The position numbers and the translations under genes were made by a program. A stretch of DNA of 54,669 nt from Octopus bimaculoides. Its lineage: Eukaryota. Shown here piece by piece: positions 24,431 to 36,951 of the stretch. Position 1 is the first letter of the stretch; each line of letters begins with the position of its first letter. The DNA lies in the NCBI RefSeq assembly GCF_001194135.2, contig NC_068989.1, positions 93,375,567 to 93,430,235 on the forward strand. Reading direction: 5' to 3'. The notes beneath the pieces are model-generated. The model worked only from the letters and a program-made list of their open reading frames with translations. It was not told where the DNA came from and did no database searches.

Positions 24431-24957
24431 AAAAAAAAGATATATATATATAAATTCAAAGTAAACGGAGAATACATACACATAGAAATGAATTTATTAT
24501 CAAAGTTCAGTTAACTTAGTAAGTTCATTCATATTGCCTACGCTGCGTTTCGGCTGATTGCTGTCGTTCATATTTACACATTTAAAGTGCATTATGAAGT
24601 CGAAAAATAGCAAAAGGCCTCCTCAGGGCATAATTGACTGATATCTTAAAACTTTTTTCTGCTATATTGAAAATGATGGAAATCTATTTTCAAATCACCA
24701 ATGTACGGTGAATCTTGCTGTGTGAAATTCTGTCTTGGCATCGTAAAATTTTCCTCTTTCGTCTGCTTCTCGGTTGTTATTTTTTCAATTTATTTCTTCG
24801 GTTTGACAAAGAATTTTCGCCTTCATCCTTTGACGTTTTAAGCTTCATTTTACTCTCTCTTATTTGTTGTTCATCACTTCCGGCACGTGCTTTCGCTTGA
24901 CGCAATCCGCGTGCTATTTGTGTTTCGTTTTGCATATGTCTCAAATTTTATATTTCA

Positions 24958-25345
24958 TCTTTTATCTTTTACTTGTTTCAGTCATTAGACTGCGACCATG
25001 CTGCGACATTGCCTTGGAGAATGTTTAGTCGAATGAATCGAGCCGAGTACTGACTATTTTTAAAAGCCTTTTACTTTTCTATCGGTTCTCTTTTGCTGAA
25101 CCGCTTTGTTAAGGCGAAGCAAGCACACTAACACTGGTCGTCAAGCGGTGTTGAGGGACAAACACAGACACAAAGACACACACACATAGATGTATACATA
25201 TATAGACGTACGATGGGCTTCTTTCAGTTTCCGTCTATCAAACTCACTCACAAGGCTTTGGTCGACCTGACGGTGTTATAGAAGGCACTTGTCTAAGTTG
25301 TCACGCAGTGAAACTGAACCCGGAACCATGTGGTTAGGAAGCAAT
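24958..25345 (-). mobile_element. SINE family A, full length
   Basis: Tail, central (CA)n region and head gtcacgcagtgaaactgaacccggaaccatgtggttaggaagc all present. Confidence 0.92.
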
Positions 25346-25451
25346 ACACACATGTATTCATCATAATTAAACATATATATAATTAGACACGCATACAGGC
25401 ATATTCATTAATAATGATAATAATAATATTAATAATAATAATAATAATGTG

Positions 25452-25488
<37 letters not shown>

Positions 25489-26330
25489 TGTGTGCGTGCT
25501 TGCGCCAAGTGTGTCTGCATGTTTAAGTGTGTATTGGTGGTGATGGCGAAGGTGTTTGTTGGAAACTATGCTGAGATAAATACAAATTACGTCGACCCTC
25601 GGTTATTTAATAAACAAACCACTGAAACTTTGATGCTCACACACCTGTCGGTATCGATCGATCGATCTGCTTCATACTTTCATTGGCAAACCGCAACTTC
25701 TCCCCGGCACCCTCTCACTCTCACCGCAATTCCTTACTAACGCATTCGCCTTCCTNNNNNNNNNNNNNNNNNNNNNNNNNNNNNNNNNNNNNNNNNNNNN
25801 NNNNNNNNNNNNNNNNNNNNNNNNNNNNNNNNNNNNNNNNNNNNNNNNNNNNNNNNNNNNNNNNNNNNNNNNNNNNNNNNNNNNNNNNNNNNNNNNNNNN
25901 NNNNNNNNNNNNNNNNNNNNNNNNNNNNNNNNNNNNNNNNNNNNNNNNNNNNNNNNNNNNNNNNNNNNNNNNNNNNNNNNNNNNNNNNNNNNNNNNNNNN
26001 NNNNNNNNNNNNNNNNNNNNNNNNNNNNNNNNNNNNNNNNNNNNNNNNNNNNNNNNNNNNNNNNNNNNNNNNNNNNNNNNNNNNNNNNNNNNNNNNNNNN
26101 NNNNNNNNNNNNNNNNNNNNNNNNNNNNNNNNNNNNNNNNNNNNNNNNNNNNNNNNNNNNNNNNNNNNNNNNNNNNNNNNNNNNNNNNNNNNNNNNNNNN
26201 NNNNNNNNNNNNNNNNNNNNNNNNNNNNNNNNNNNNNNNNNNNNNNNNNNNNNNNNNNNNNNNNNNNNNNNNNNNNNNNNNNNNNNNNNNNNNNNNNNNN
26301 NNNNNNNNNNNNNNNNNNNNNNNNNNNNNN

Positions 26331-26370
<40 letters not shown>

Positions 26371-26769
26371 TGTATATATAAAACTATATGTTTAATATTG
26401 ATATCTATATGGGAACATCTATATACAGGTATACACAAATATATATTTAATTTCATTTCTAATTCTATGATTTTTCTACACAAAGAATACATAATTTTAT
26501 ATGATATTACATGTATTTATTGATATATATGTATATATATATGAGTAACAAAGATGTATAAGAATCAATTCATTACGGCCGTTTCGAGCGACTCCTTTAA
26601 TTGATCAATGAAAGCGTTACATCACTACAAAGAAAACCGTTCTCATCAAACACACACACACACATATATATGTTTGCATACATATATATACATATTTATT
26701 TAAAACTATGTGTATATATATGTATGCGTGTGTATATATATATATATGTGAATCGTTGGCGATTTTTTT

Positions 26770-26920
26770 TCTCCGACTTCCTTTCCCATTGGACTTTCCT
26801 CTGTCCCCTGTTTCTGAAGAAGAGCGTTGCTCGAAACATTAGACCATCTTTCTTTCTTTCCCTGAGCGTCTGCTAATAATTTACACGTACCACGTCGTCA
26901 CGTTGTTGCATTTTTGTGTT
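26770..26920 (+). mobile_element. Penelope-like terminal fragment; same family as 5880-6030
   Basis: Shared sequence with the 5880-6030 copy. Confidence 0.6.
26810..26844 (+). ncRNA. Putative minimal type-I hammerhead ribozyme motif with canonical CUGANGA core
   Basis: GTTT-CTGAAGA-A-GAGC(gtt)GCTC-GAA-ACAT-T-AGAC; stem III ACGT decayed to ACAT. Confidence 0.5.
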
Positions 26921-27264
26921 TGTCCTTTTTTTTTTCGGGGGGGGGGGATTTACTATATATATAGTGAGAGAGAGAGAAAGAGAGATAAATAGAGAGATAG
27001 ATAGATATATGCGTGTGTGTATGCACTGTATTACGCCCCCACACACAGCTGATACTATTAAACTTGGAGTGTTTTTGACTCAAGTTTCAAATCTAAGTGT
27101 GCCAGCTGCTATATATTGTTACATTGTGTTATCGTAATCTTCTGTTGTATTGAGTACTATGTAACTTGGTTGTTTCTTTTTAAATCATTACAACGTTCGT
27201 GTGTGTGTGGGGGGGTGCAGACATATATTGAGTCACCTGCGACATACCCATTCGGAGAAAGTAT

Positions 27265-27360
27265 TCGGAGAATAAAATCCAGATAAAATTATCAAGATAT
27301 GGAAGGAAATGTACTCTAATAGACATTTCGATCCTTCCTGGAACACACCTAAGTTTTTCG
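27265..27360 (+). mobile_element. Short degraded RLE-domain fragment
   Basis: ggaaggaaatgtactctaatagacatttcgatc = GRKCTLIDISI, resembling KSCLLIDMTVP at about 17120. Confidence 0.35.
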
Positions 27361-27791
27361 AAGTAGGATACATTCTTTATAATGCGTATAGTCCCATAGT
27401 TAACACAAGTTACACGTCATCGCATTGCTATATTCTGAAACGTAACTCTGATGTCGACAGACGTAATGCATCCATCTCTTTACAGAAATAGTTGAATGTC
27501 GTCCTATTGGCAGCATAACAGATTCCTTCACACTACGGTACCGGATATGGATTCTAGATTATTTTTCCTGTTTTTCTTTTTTACCTAATTTTTGAGAGTG
27601 GTCGGGTTCATTTTTAGTATTCTCGTTTGTGTGAGCTGACAAGTTTATTTCAGATATTCTCATTTTAAGAATCATCTCTGGCTAGTCGTTGAGAGGACGT
27701 TGGTGTTGCCTTGGCGGACGTTTGCGATCTCTGAGTGCTCTTGTCATATAATAGTACATCTCCAGCGTTAGAAGCTGTGCAAAACAACAAC

Positions 27792-27841
<50 letters not shown>

Positions 27842-27859
27842 TAATAATAATGATGATGA

Positions 27860-29180
27860 TGTTGAACGATTGCCTGGAAAAAAGTATAGTGAAGTGGTGG
27901 ACGGAACTGACAGCACACGGCAGAAGCTTAGGGACAATAGAAATCAAGAGACGCATCTTCCAAGGGGACTTCCTGTCTCCGCTGATCTTTGTACTGTGCT
28001 TGATACTACTGACACTGATTCTGAGGAAAGCAAAAGCTGGGTTTGTATTCAAAAGTCGCCAACAAAAAGTCAACCACCTATTATTCATGGATGACCTCAT
28101 ACTTTATGGTAAAGATTAAGCCCAAGTCAGCTCCCTTGTTGATACAGTGCATACCTTCAGTGCTGATATCAGAATGGAGTTTGGACTGAGAAAGTGTGGT
28201 GTGTTAGTCTTGAAGAGANNNNNNNNNNGCATACCTTCAGTGCTGATATCAGAATGGAGTTTGGACTGAGAAAGTGTGGTGTGTTAGTCTTGAAGAGAGG
28301 CAAAATCAAATGTATGGACGGGCTAACGATACCGTCGGGGGAGGTTATGAAGCAGATAGAAGAGACGGGTTATAAGTACTTGGGGATTTGGGAAATGGAT
28401 AAATTGATGGAGAAAGAAAGGAGAGAAAAATTTAAGGTGGAGTACTTGCGCAGACTGAGACTGATGCTTAAGTCGAAATTAGACGGACGGAATAAGACTG
28501 AAGCTATCAACACCTGGGCGAATTTATTCCTTAGATATGGAGCAGGGGTGATCTCATGGACAGTGGACGAACTAAACAGCTTAGACAAAAAGACAAGGAA
28601 GTTGCTGACCAGATATGGGATACTCCACCCAAAAAGTGACACAGACAGTCTGTATGTACCATGAAAAAGTGGGTGAAGAGAACTTATTAGATGCGAACAC
28701 AGCAGAAGAGCAGACGAAAACAGCATAGCAAAGTATGTAAAAATGCCACAGAACCGGTATTATTGATAGTAAGGCTTGTGTAGGATGGAAGATTGCAAAG
28801 ATGAAGCACTGTACAAGTATTTGAGAATGAATGAAACTGAAAAGAGGTGGATAATTCTATAAGGATGTTGAAGATAAGAGAAATAGAGAAAGAAATAGCT
28901 ATGGATGACTAAAAGTGATTTAAAACCGGAAAGGGAAGCTCTAATCTGTGTTGCCCTAGAGCAAGCATTAAGAACCAATTACATTAAATACAGAATAGAC
29001 AACCCATTACAGTGATCAGTGCAGAATTTGTGGACAAAATGGTGAAACCGTATGGCATATTACCAGTCAATGCACGCCACTAGCCCAGAAAGAATATAAG
29101 AGCCGTCATGACAATATAGCAAGGATTGTCCATTGGACACTTTGTAACAAGTATGGACTTGACAGAGTAAAACAGTGGCT
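27860..29180 (+). mobile_element. R4/Dong-like LINE RT fragment (pseudogene) directly after an (AAT)n/(GAT)n tract
   Basis: IKRRIFQGDFLSPLIFVLCL..VNHLLFMDDLILYGK (RT motifs, FMDD), MEFGLRKCG, GYKYLGI, AINTWA, LHPKSDTDSLYVP, EALICVALEQALRTNY, HDNIARIVHWTLC; stops and frameshifts present. Confidence 0.95.
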
Positions 29181-29370
29181 ACTCAACCTGAAGAAAATTC
29201 TGACTGGGTCCCCACCTGCAAGGTCATGAACTGTTTATCTTGATATGAGATCACCATGTTACGCATATATGGTTGTACACTTATCACACTGGTAGTCATC
29301 ATGGGTATACCTGTCTTCGTATATTTTACCCCAGTGTCACTTTAATGGTATGTAATGATCTCTCACTCAA
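29179..29370 (+). mobile_element. 3' third of the 556-bp element at 54095-54650, ending in (AAT)n
   Basis: ctactc.acctgaagaaaattct.actggg..ccacctg..aggtcatg...ttttaccccagtgtcacttt..tctctcactcaat matches 54443-54655. Confidence 0.9.
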
Positions 29371-29372
29371 TC

Positions 29373-29404
<32 letters not shown>

Positions 29405-29439
29405 TTAATTATTATTTCAAATTTTTGCCGCAGGGTCAG

Positions 29440-29621
29440 CTTGGGAGAGGAGAGGAGGTGGTGATGAGTCCATCACATCGACACAAGTGTTCAACTGGTA
29501 TTTATTTTATCGACTCCGAAAGGATGAAAGGTAAAGTCGACTTCAGCGGAATCTGAACTCAGGACGTAGCGACAGGCGAAATACCGTTAAGAATTTCTTC
29601 CAACGTGCTAACGATTCTGCC

Positions 29622-29622
<1 letters not shown>
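29440..29622 (-). mobile_element. SINE family B
   Basis: atcgacacaagtgttcaactggt..gatgaaaggtaaagtcgac..gctaacgattctgcc. Confidence 0.85.
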
Positions 29623-29705
<83 letters not shown>

Positions 29706-30624
29706 TGTAATAATAATAATAATTGTAATAATGATGATGATGATGATGATGATGATATCGATGATGGGGATTTCTCATATTGTCCACAAGAAGTTGAAGA
29801 CAGCACAAAGGCGAAATACAAAAAGGAAAGAACAAACAAGAAGCAACGAAAGGATTAACGAAGAATGGAAGCGTGAGATCATCGTTAACAATGGACGATT
29901 TTTTATTAAAATAGAAATAAATAAATAAACAATATAGAACAATAGAAAAAAAAAGGATTTTTGCGTCGGGCTTAGGCCTCCACATGTGGGTGAGGGCACC
30001 AGCCGATGAAATCGATTTCAGTACTCCACTGGTACTTTATTTTAACGACCCCGCAAAGATGAAAGGCAGGAACTGAAGCATCACAAGCAACGTTGTTGCT
30101 GTTGTTATCGATACGATCGTTGTTGTTGTTGTTTTTGATGTTGTCGACGCCGTTGTTGTTGTTTACAGTAACATCGTGTGTCAGCACGTGCCGTGTGTTA
30201 ACAGATGCTACCTGCTTTGATGACAGCCCTTGATTTACCTATATAAGCGTGATACTGGACTGCACGTAGGCTAACACGCATGCATACGCACAGAAACACA
30301 CACATACACACAGAGACACCCACACATACACACACGAACAGACGCAAACGCACACGAGGAAAAACATAATCTAACAATAAAACACACATGCAGGCAGGCA
30401 CACACACACACACACACACGTATTAACTTACTTAACTCACACACGCGTGGGCCTCTAAGCAAGCGCAGGAACTGCCAAACATAACAGCTAAATCTCTCTC
30501 AAGTCTTACCAGGCACCTTACAAAATATTCCACTTGATGAAATAATCATAGTATCCTTGGACATAGGGAAAACCGGAAACCGGGTATTCATTGTTGGCCT
30601 TTTGATCATTGGTTTGCTCGGTTA

Positions 30625-30790
30625 AGACATCGGCCCCAGTGTTTAAGTAGTGCTTATTTTTTCGACCCCCGAAAGGATAAAAGGCAAAGTCGACCTCAGA
30701 GGAATTTAAAGACAGAACGTAAAAACGGACGAAATACAGCTAGGCATTTTGCCCTGCGTGCTAACCATCCTACCAGCTCGCCACCCTAAT
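30625..30790 (-). mobile_element. SINE family B
   Basis: tcgacccccgaaaggataaaaggcaaagtcgacctc..gtgctaaccatcctaccagctcgcc. Confidence 0.85.
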
Positions 30791-30965
30791 TTAACAGATA
30801 ATGATAACAAATATATATTCGATTGTTTCTTTATAAAAAACGCATCATCCTTTATTCATGTCCTCAGAAAGTGTAATTTTTTTTCTCTCGGAGAAATATA
30901 ACCTCTTATTACAGTCCCTATCAGTTTTCAAATAATCAAAATTGTTGAATTTTTTCAGATACTTC

Positions 30966-31297
30966 CAGCAATGTAGTAAAGATTGTTTGTTAATATAACA
31001 TGGTAGACCTGCTTTGGGACGAATGTTGCTGTAATTTAGCCCCAGGAGACATCGTCTCCAGCTGGCAAATAGGCACGATCTGTGTCCTTATATTTTCGAG
31101 CAAGGGAATCTAGCACCCCAACTCACCTCAAAACTAAGTGAGGGTGCTAGATTCCCTTGTTCGAAAATATAAGGACACAGATCGTGTCGTATTGCCAGCT
31201 TGAAATGATGTCTCCTGGGGTTAAACTACAGCAACATTAAGTCCAAAGCCAGAACTGCCATGTTATGTTAGCACATAATCTTTACTACAAAGTACTG
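30966..31297. mobile_element. Fold-back MITE, about 330 bp with about 155-bp arms
   Basis: ..cacgatctgtgtccttatattttcgagcaagggaatctagcaccc [spacer] gggtgctagattcccttgttcgaaaatataaggacacagatcgtg..; outer ends tgtagtaaagat and atctttactaca. Confidence 0.92.
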
Positions 31298-31399
31298 TTG
31301 CTGAATATCTCACGTTGTGAGATTTAGAAATAGTAATTTTCTAAATTCTAGCAATATTTGTTGAAAAATTTCTAAACACTAACTGGCCTAAATAATTGA

Positions 31400-31760
31400 T
31401 TTCTTGTGAAGGCACGATCTGACTGGAAGTCATTATTATAAGATCCGGAAGATGACTGGAGTCCAAAAGCAGACAGTTTGGTCAGGACATTTGCAGATCA
31501 AATATGCTTTTCTTCCCATATCAAAAGCAATTAAACTGCTCTCCACAAGTTTCTCATTGGTGAGTGAGTAAATTGTATGTGAGAGTAAGTTCCTAGTAGA
31601 TCTGGTTGTACGAAATGAAATCTATTAAAGTTGTCGTTAAGATGGCAGAGAAATTGTAGGAACGTCTATCAATTTTGTGATGTCGAGAATAAGTGCGATT
31701 GGAGGACAGTGAGCAGGTTTAGTCTCTTGGGAATGGGACAAAATCTAGAGTGTTTTTAAA
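31400..31760 (-). mobile_element. Highly degraded Jockey/CR1-group RT fragment
   Basis: Across frames: FRTTRSTRNLLS, ESSLIAFDM, NVLTKLSAFG, NDFQSDRAF (compare GFR..RST.DLL, ALDISKAFD, KL..FG, FLS.R). Confidence 0.65.
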
Positions 31761-31939
31761 GTTCAGAATAATTCTAAAGACTAAAAAGAGGGACGGAGAT
31801 AGAGAAAGAGAGTGAAGTGTATATTGTGTATAGAGATTAGCTGTGAGAATTTTTTGGTGGTAATAGAAGTGACTGTCTAATCGATAATGTTAAACGATTA
31901 TGTTAATTGTTTTCACATTTGTATATCGAATTTCTTTTG

Positions 31940-32125
31940 AAGCGTATGGTTTAGTGGTTATGGGTGTTGCACTCATGGTGTTAAGGTCGTAGTTTTAATT
32001 CCTGGTCCGGGCGATGAGTTGTGTTCTTGGGCAAAACACTTTATTTCAAATTGCTCCATTCTACTCAGATGGCAAAATGAGTAACCATGCAACAGACCGG
32101 CTCCTCTTCCAGCGAGGAATTTATG
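31940..32125 (+). mobile_element. tRNA-derived SINE (third family)
   Basis: gcgtatggtttagtggttatgggtgttgcactc A box; degenerate B box gttttaattcc; gtgttcttgggcaaaacacttt core. Confidence 0.7.
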
Positions 32126-32249
32126 ATTTAGGAAGTACCTTTGATCCCCCCCCCCTTTTTTTTATATGAACCGCTACTTAGAGAGTTGAACGTTTAAAGT
32201 GACATCAATATCGCTGGAACAAGACGGAAAGCAGTATCTTCCCGTGCGG

Positions 32250-33150
32250 TCACCCTGATGAAATCGAGAGTGTGTGTGACCAGATGAGAGAAACATAGAT
32301 TAACGTGTACAAAACGGTGAATTTGAACATGGAAAACTCGAGAAGCAACCGAAGAGGAACTGTTATGGGTTTATTCTGGATTTCGAAATGGAGATGAAAG
32401 TTGAGTAGTTAGTGAACAGAAGAATGAATCTTTATCAGAGAAGGGTCAAAAGGAAGTTTTCTTTGAAAGGAGTTAGGAATGGCTATGACAAGCGTACATT
32501 GTTTCCGTTGAGTATCATCACCTGTAAGCAATGTCTCGTCCTTTGGATATGCGTCACCAAAACGGAAAGCCAACTCATCCGAACTTTGTAGAAGAGGAGG
32601 ATTTTGCAGTTGCCTCACAATGATCTCAATTCGACGTCTTTGCTGAAACACACACACGCGTTGAAGACACTGCATCCTCATAGAGAACTCAATACAAAGT
32701 GAACGCTAAATTCTTCTGCAAAGACGATTTTCTTGGTTCATACATGTAACATGTCTGTTATATGAAATCAAATGTAGACCGAGAATGAATACCTCTATCT
32801 GGAATGTTGTAGTTGATGGGACAGTAATTACATCATAATACACAGGGCTAGTGGAAGGAGATACACGAGTGAGGTTTACTGGGAAGTTGATGAGGACGAT
32901 GAACTGTTGGTCACGTTGCGCATCAACGGTGACAAGTTGCGAAATTGCTTCCAGTTGATTTTCCGACCGTCCATTATGAAAACTTCCAGAAAAATATGTT
33001 CTGGTAGTGGCATAAAACAAATTCCTCACATGGTGCTTGGCATAACATCAGAGAACGCAATCAGGAAATACCCAAGATGCAATACCATTGATGAAATTTT
33101 TTCATTCTCGTTTTATAAGTGCCTGCGGTACATTAAACTTATGTTTATGG
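32250..33150 (-). mobile_element. Probable APE-endonuclease/linker remnant of the same LINE as 31400-31760
   Basis: Weak remnants across frames (a frameshifted GDFNVH-like string; NIPDRGIHSRSTFDFI resembling RIPDR...ILDLFL); many stops. Confidence 0.4.
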
Positions 33151-33748
33151 AGAAAAGTTAGAGTTGTGTTGCACGATTGTGACCCAGGCCAATCCTAAAC
33201 ACCGTCACCCTGAATTTATTTAACAAAGAAACTGGAGCAAGGTATTTGTGAATACAGAAAATGTGGGAGTGTGGTGAACGAGGCCAAAAAATTTCAGGTC
33301 AAATGCAAGCCGTATTCGAGTATTATTTGAATGGGAATTGAGTGGGGGGGGGGGAAGGAGACTTTCCTTCTGATATTATTTACGAAAGAAAAATGTGAAC
33401 AAAGAGTTCCGTATTACTGGATGAATCGGTTCTCTATTCCATATATACCTACATACATACATACATACATGCATATATATNNNNNNNNNNNNNNNNNNNN
33501 NNNNNNNNNNNNNNNNNNNNNNNNNNNNNNNNNNNNNNNNNNNNNNNNNNNNNNNNNNNNNNNNNNNNNNNNNNNNNNNNNNNNNNNNNNNNNNNNNNNN
33601 NNNNNNNNNNNNNNNNNNNNNNNNNNNNNNNNNNNNNNNNNNNNNNNNNNNNNNNNNNNNNNNNNNNNNNNNNNNNNNNNNNNNNNNNNNNNNNNNNNNN
33701 NNNNNNNNNNNNNNNNNNNNNNNNNNNNNNNNNNNNNNNNNNNNNNNN

Positions 33749-33803
<55 letters not shown>

Positions 33804-34411
33804 TTATATGCATAGTATACAAAGTGCAGAATTGGCCAAGTTAAATACATAGCATTGCGATATTTGTCCCATCTTTCTGCACTCCGAAGGGAACTAAGTC
33901 CTCATCCTCTCGGGGGGTGGGGGAATACATTTCCAGTCCTTTGCTTTCTATCTTCTTTCTTTTCTTTCTGACAGTTCACCCTTTCTGGAGAAAATCAGCG
34001 GAAGTGACGTCGCCGAACGCATTGGTTCCACTTAGTTTGGAAACACTCAGAACAAACTGCGTGTCTTGTTGGTGCTTCTGTGATTCCATCAGTAACTGAG
34101 GATCCAAAACAAAGAAGGCAAAAAGATATATATAATTAAATAGAGAAAAAAATTATATACACTAATGCCAATACACATGTGCACGCGCGATATATATACA
34201 CATCCATACTTTCGTAAATATAAACACACATACAAATATGAAAATATGCAAACACACAGTACAGCTATACATGCATGGTTAAATGGCATACTGATAATGA
34301 TATCAAATGTACAATGCATATATATTACGTACACACACATATATATACATACACACACGCATATATATATATGTGTGTGTATATATGTGTATATATATAC
34401 GTATATATATG

Positions 34412-34443
<32 letters not shown>

Positions 34444-35266
34444 NNNNNNNNNNNNNNNNNNNNNNNNNNNNNNNNNNNNNNNNNNNNNNNNNNNNNNNNN
34501 NNNNNNNNNNNNNNNNNNNNNNNNNNNNNNNNNNNNNNNNNNNNNNNNNNNNNNNNNNNNNNNNNNNNNNNNNNNNNNNNNNNNNNNNNNNNNNNNNNNN
34601 NNNNNNNNNNNNNNNNNNNNNNNNNNNNNNNNNNNNNNNNNNNNNNNNNNNNNNNNNNNNNNNNNNNNNNNNNNNNNNNNNNNNNNNNNNNNNNNNNNNN
34701 NNNNNNNNNNNNNNNNNNNNNNNNNNNNNNNNNNNNNNNNNNNNNNNNNNNNNNNNNNNNNNNNNNNNNNNNNNNNNNNNNNNNNNNNNNNNNNNNNNNN
34801 NNNNNNNNNNNNNNNNNNNNNNNNNNNNNNNNNNNNNNNNNNNNNNNNNNNNNNNNNNNNNNNNNNNNNNNNNNNNNNNNNNNNNNNNNNNNNNNNNNNN
34901 NNNNNNNNNNNNNNNNNNNNNNNNNNNNNNNNNNNNNNNNNNNNNNNNNNNNNNNNNNNNNNNNNNNNNNNNNNNNNNNNNNNNNNNNNNNNNNNNNNNN
35001 NNNNNNNNNNNNNNNNNNNNNNNNNNNNNNNNNNNNNNNNNNNNNNNNNNNNNNNNNNNNNNNNNNNNNNNNNNNNNNNNNNNNNNNNNNNNNNNNNNNN
35101 NNNNNNNNNNNNNNNNNNNNNNNNNNNNNNNNNNNNNNNNNNNNNNNNNNNNNNNNNNNNNNNNNNNNNNNNNNNNNNNNNNNNNNNNNNNNNNNNNNNN
35201 NNNNNNNNNNNNNNNNNNNNNNNNNNNNNNNNNNNNNNNNNNNNNNNNNNNNNNNNNNNNNNNNNN

Positions 35267-35321
<55 letters not shown>

Positions 35322-35896
35322 GTATATGTATATGCATGTATGTATTTGACAAAAACGTTACACAAACGCACGCACACACATAACTACAGACAGACGCACA
35401 CATGTATATGTTATACGAGTCTGTATGGATTCGTGTGTAGACGTCTCAAAAACGTTTCTCTTCTTTATCCTATTTAAATGTTTTGTATTTGTGTTGCCCT
35501 TGTGGCAAACAAAGAAACGATGCAATAAAGTATATTTGTTATGGATATTATGTTGTCACTATTGTTACAGTAGTAGTAGTAGTAGTTAATCTTGTTGTTG
35601 TTGTTGTGGTGGTGGTGGTGGTGGTGGTGGTAGTGGTGGTTTTAGATTTTATTGTTGTAAATTGCCTCTTTCAAGGTAGAGAATGTCAAAATGTTATTAA
35701 TGTATTTAGAGGTTTTGTTCATTTTCTTTGTTCTTTATTCCGTTATTCTTGTAAGTGATTGCAGTATTTGCAGTGCGGCCATGCTGGGGCACCTCTTTCG
35801 TCGGTTTCTTTTTCTTTACAAATTCAATAATATCTACTTCAGAATATACTCTAGTTACATATTTGGTGTTTCTACCTTTATTTATCAAATGGTTAG

Positions 35897-35999
<103 letters not shown>

Positions 36000-36199
36000 C
36001 TATATTGCTGACGAACGGTCTTATTTCTTGTTTGTCTTTTTTCTCAGTGATCATGGGACCTACCATGGCTTAGAAAGCCATTGCAGGTCCCATAGCTGCA
36101 GGTGCAGCTTTCATTTTCATCCATTGTAATCGGGTGGTCATTCTGTAAAGCACTTTGATTGCGTACTTTCATGTTCCTTGTGAATTCAGATTGGCTGGA

Positions 36200-36935
36200 A
36201 TATTCTCTGCAGCACGTATCGCATATCAGATTAACTCCAAGAAATTGGTTGTTTATAACTTGAGCCTTTCAGCGCATTGACGATAGCTCTGAAGCATCAA
36301 ACGCATCCTTAATCATCACACTGAATACGTAGGATTGTTGGACCCACAGACCATCCTTTACCGGATGTTCGCTTTACATTATCTCATTCTAATGCTAGAC
36401 CTCTTGAAATTCCCAGACGCCACTGGATATTTTTGTACTTCAGTTACTTCTGTTTTGCACTGGAGGCTCCCAGTCAGTTGTCTCGATGTTGTATTGAGTC
36501 AGTGAATCTATCGCATAGTCCTTAAAACACAATTTTGGCTTATGTTAGGGACTCACACCAGACACCAGCGCACCATATAGAATTTGTTTAGGGATTCTAC
36601 TGTCATCTAGTCGAATGAGATGACCTCTCCTGCGGAGTCTCTGTTTATGGATGTGAGCTTAAATACTGAATGTATCACCAATTTGGAGTACTTCGGAATC
36701 AGGCGTATGTCTACTCTAGAGTACGCCTAGTATATTACAAAATCATCATTAGTGAAATTGATCTTAAACTTTGAGTTGTCTGCAACCGACAGCATAAGTT
36801 TCACGGGAGTGAAGCAGTGTCGGAAAAACGTTTAAGCTGTATGCTGCAGTTTTAGTGCAATTTTTGAATCCTTTCTGATTCCAAACACGTGCTTTGAGAC
36901 TGGCAGAAGCCTCGGTTGCCTTTTTGATACGTGAC
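36200..36935 (-). mobile_element. RTE-BovB-like LINE 3' part
   Basis: RIKKATEASASLKARVWNQKG..; QRLRRRGHLIRLDDSRIPKQILYGALVSG..KPKLCFKD..NIETTDWE..NRSN*; terminal ICDTCCR C2H2-like remnant. Confidence 0.85.
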
Positions 36936-36951
36936 CCATGTCATGTTACCC

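Noticed and set aside
24530-24900. Possible PLE remnant (GAA-ACGCAGCGT-A on the minus strand; RRKRKIL-like string)
   Set aside because: Core and stem I not recoverable; protein similarity too weak to assert
28149-28298. Direct repeat of about 70 bp either side of a 10-N gap in the RT
   Set aside because: Same assembly-overlap artefact
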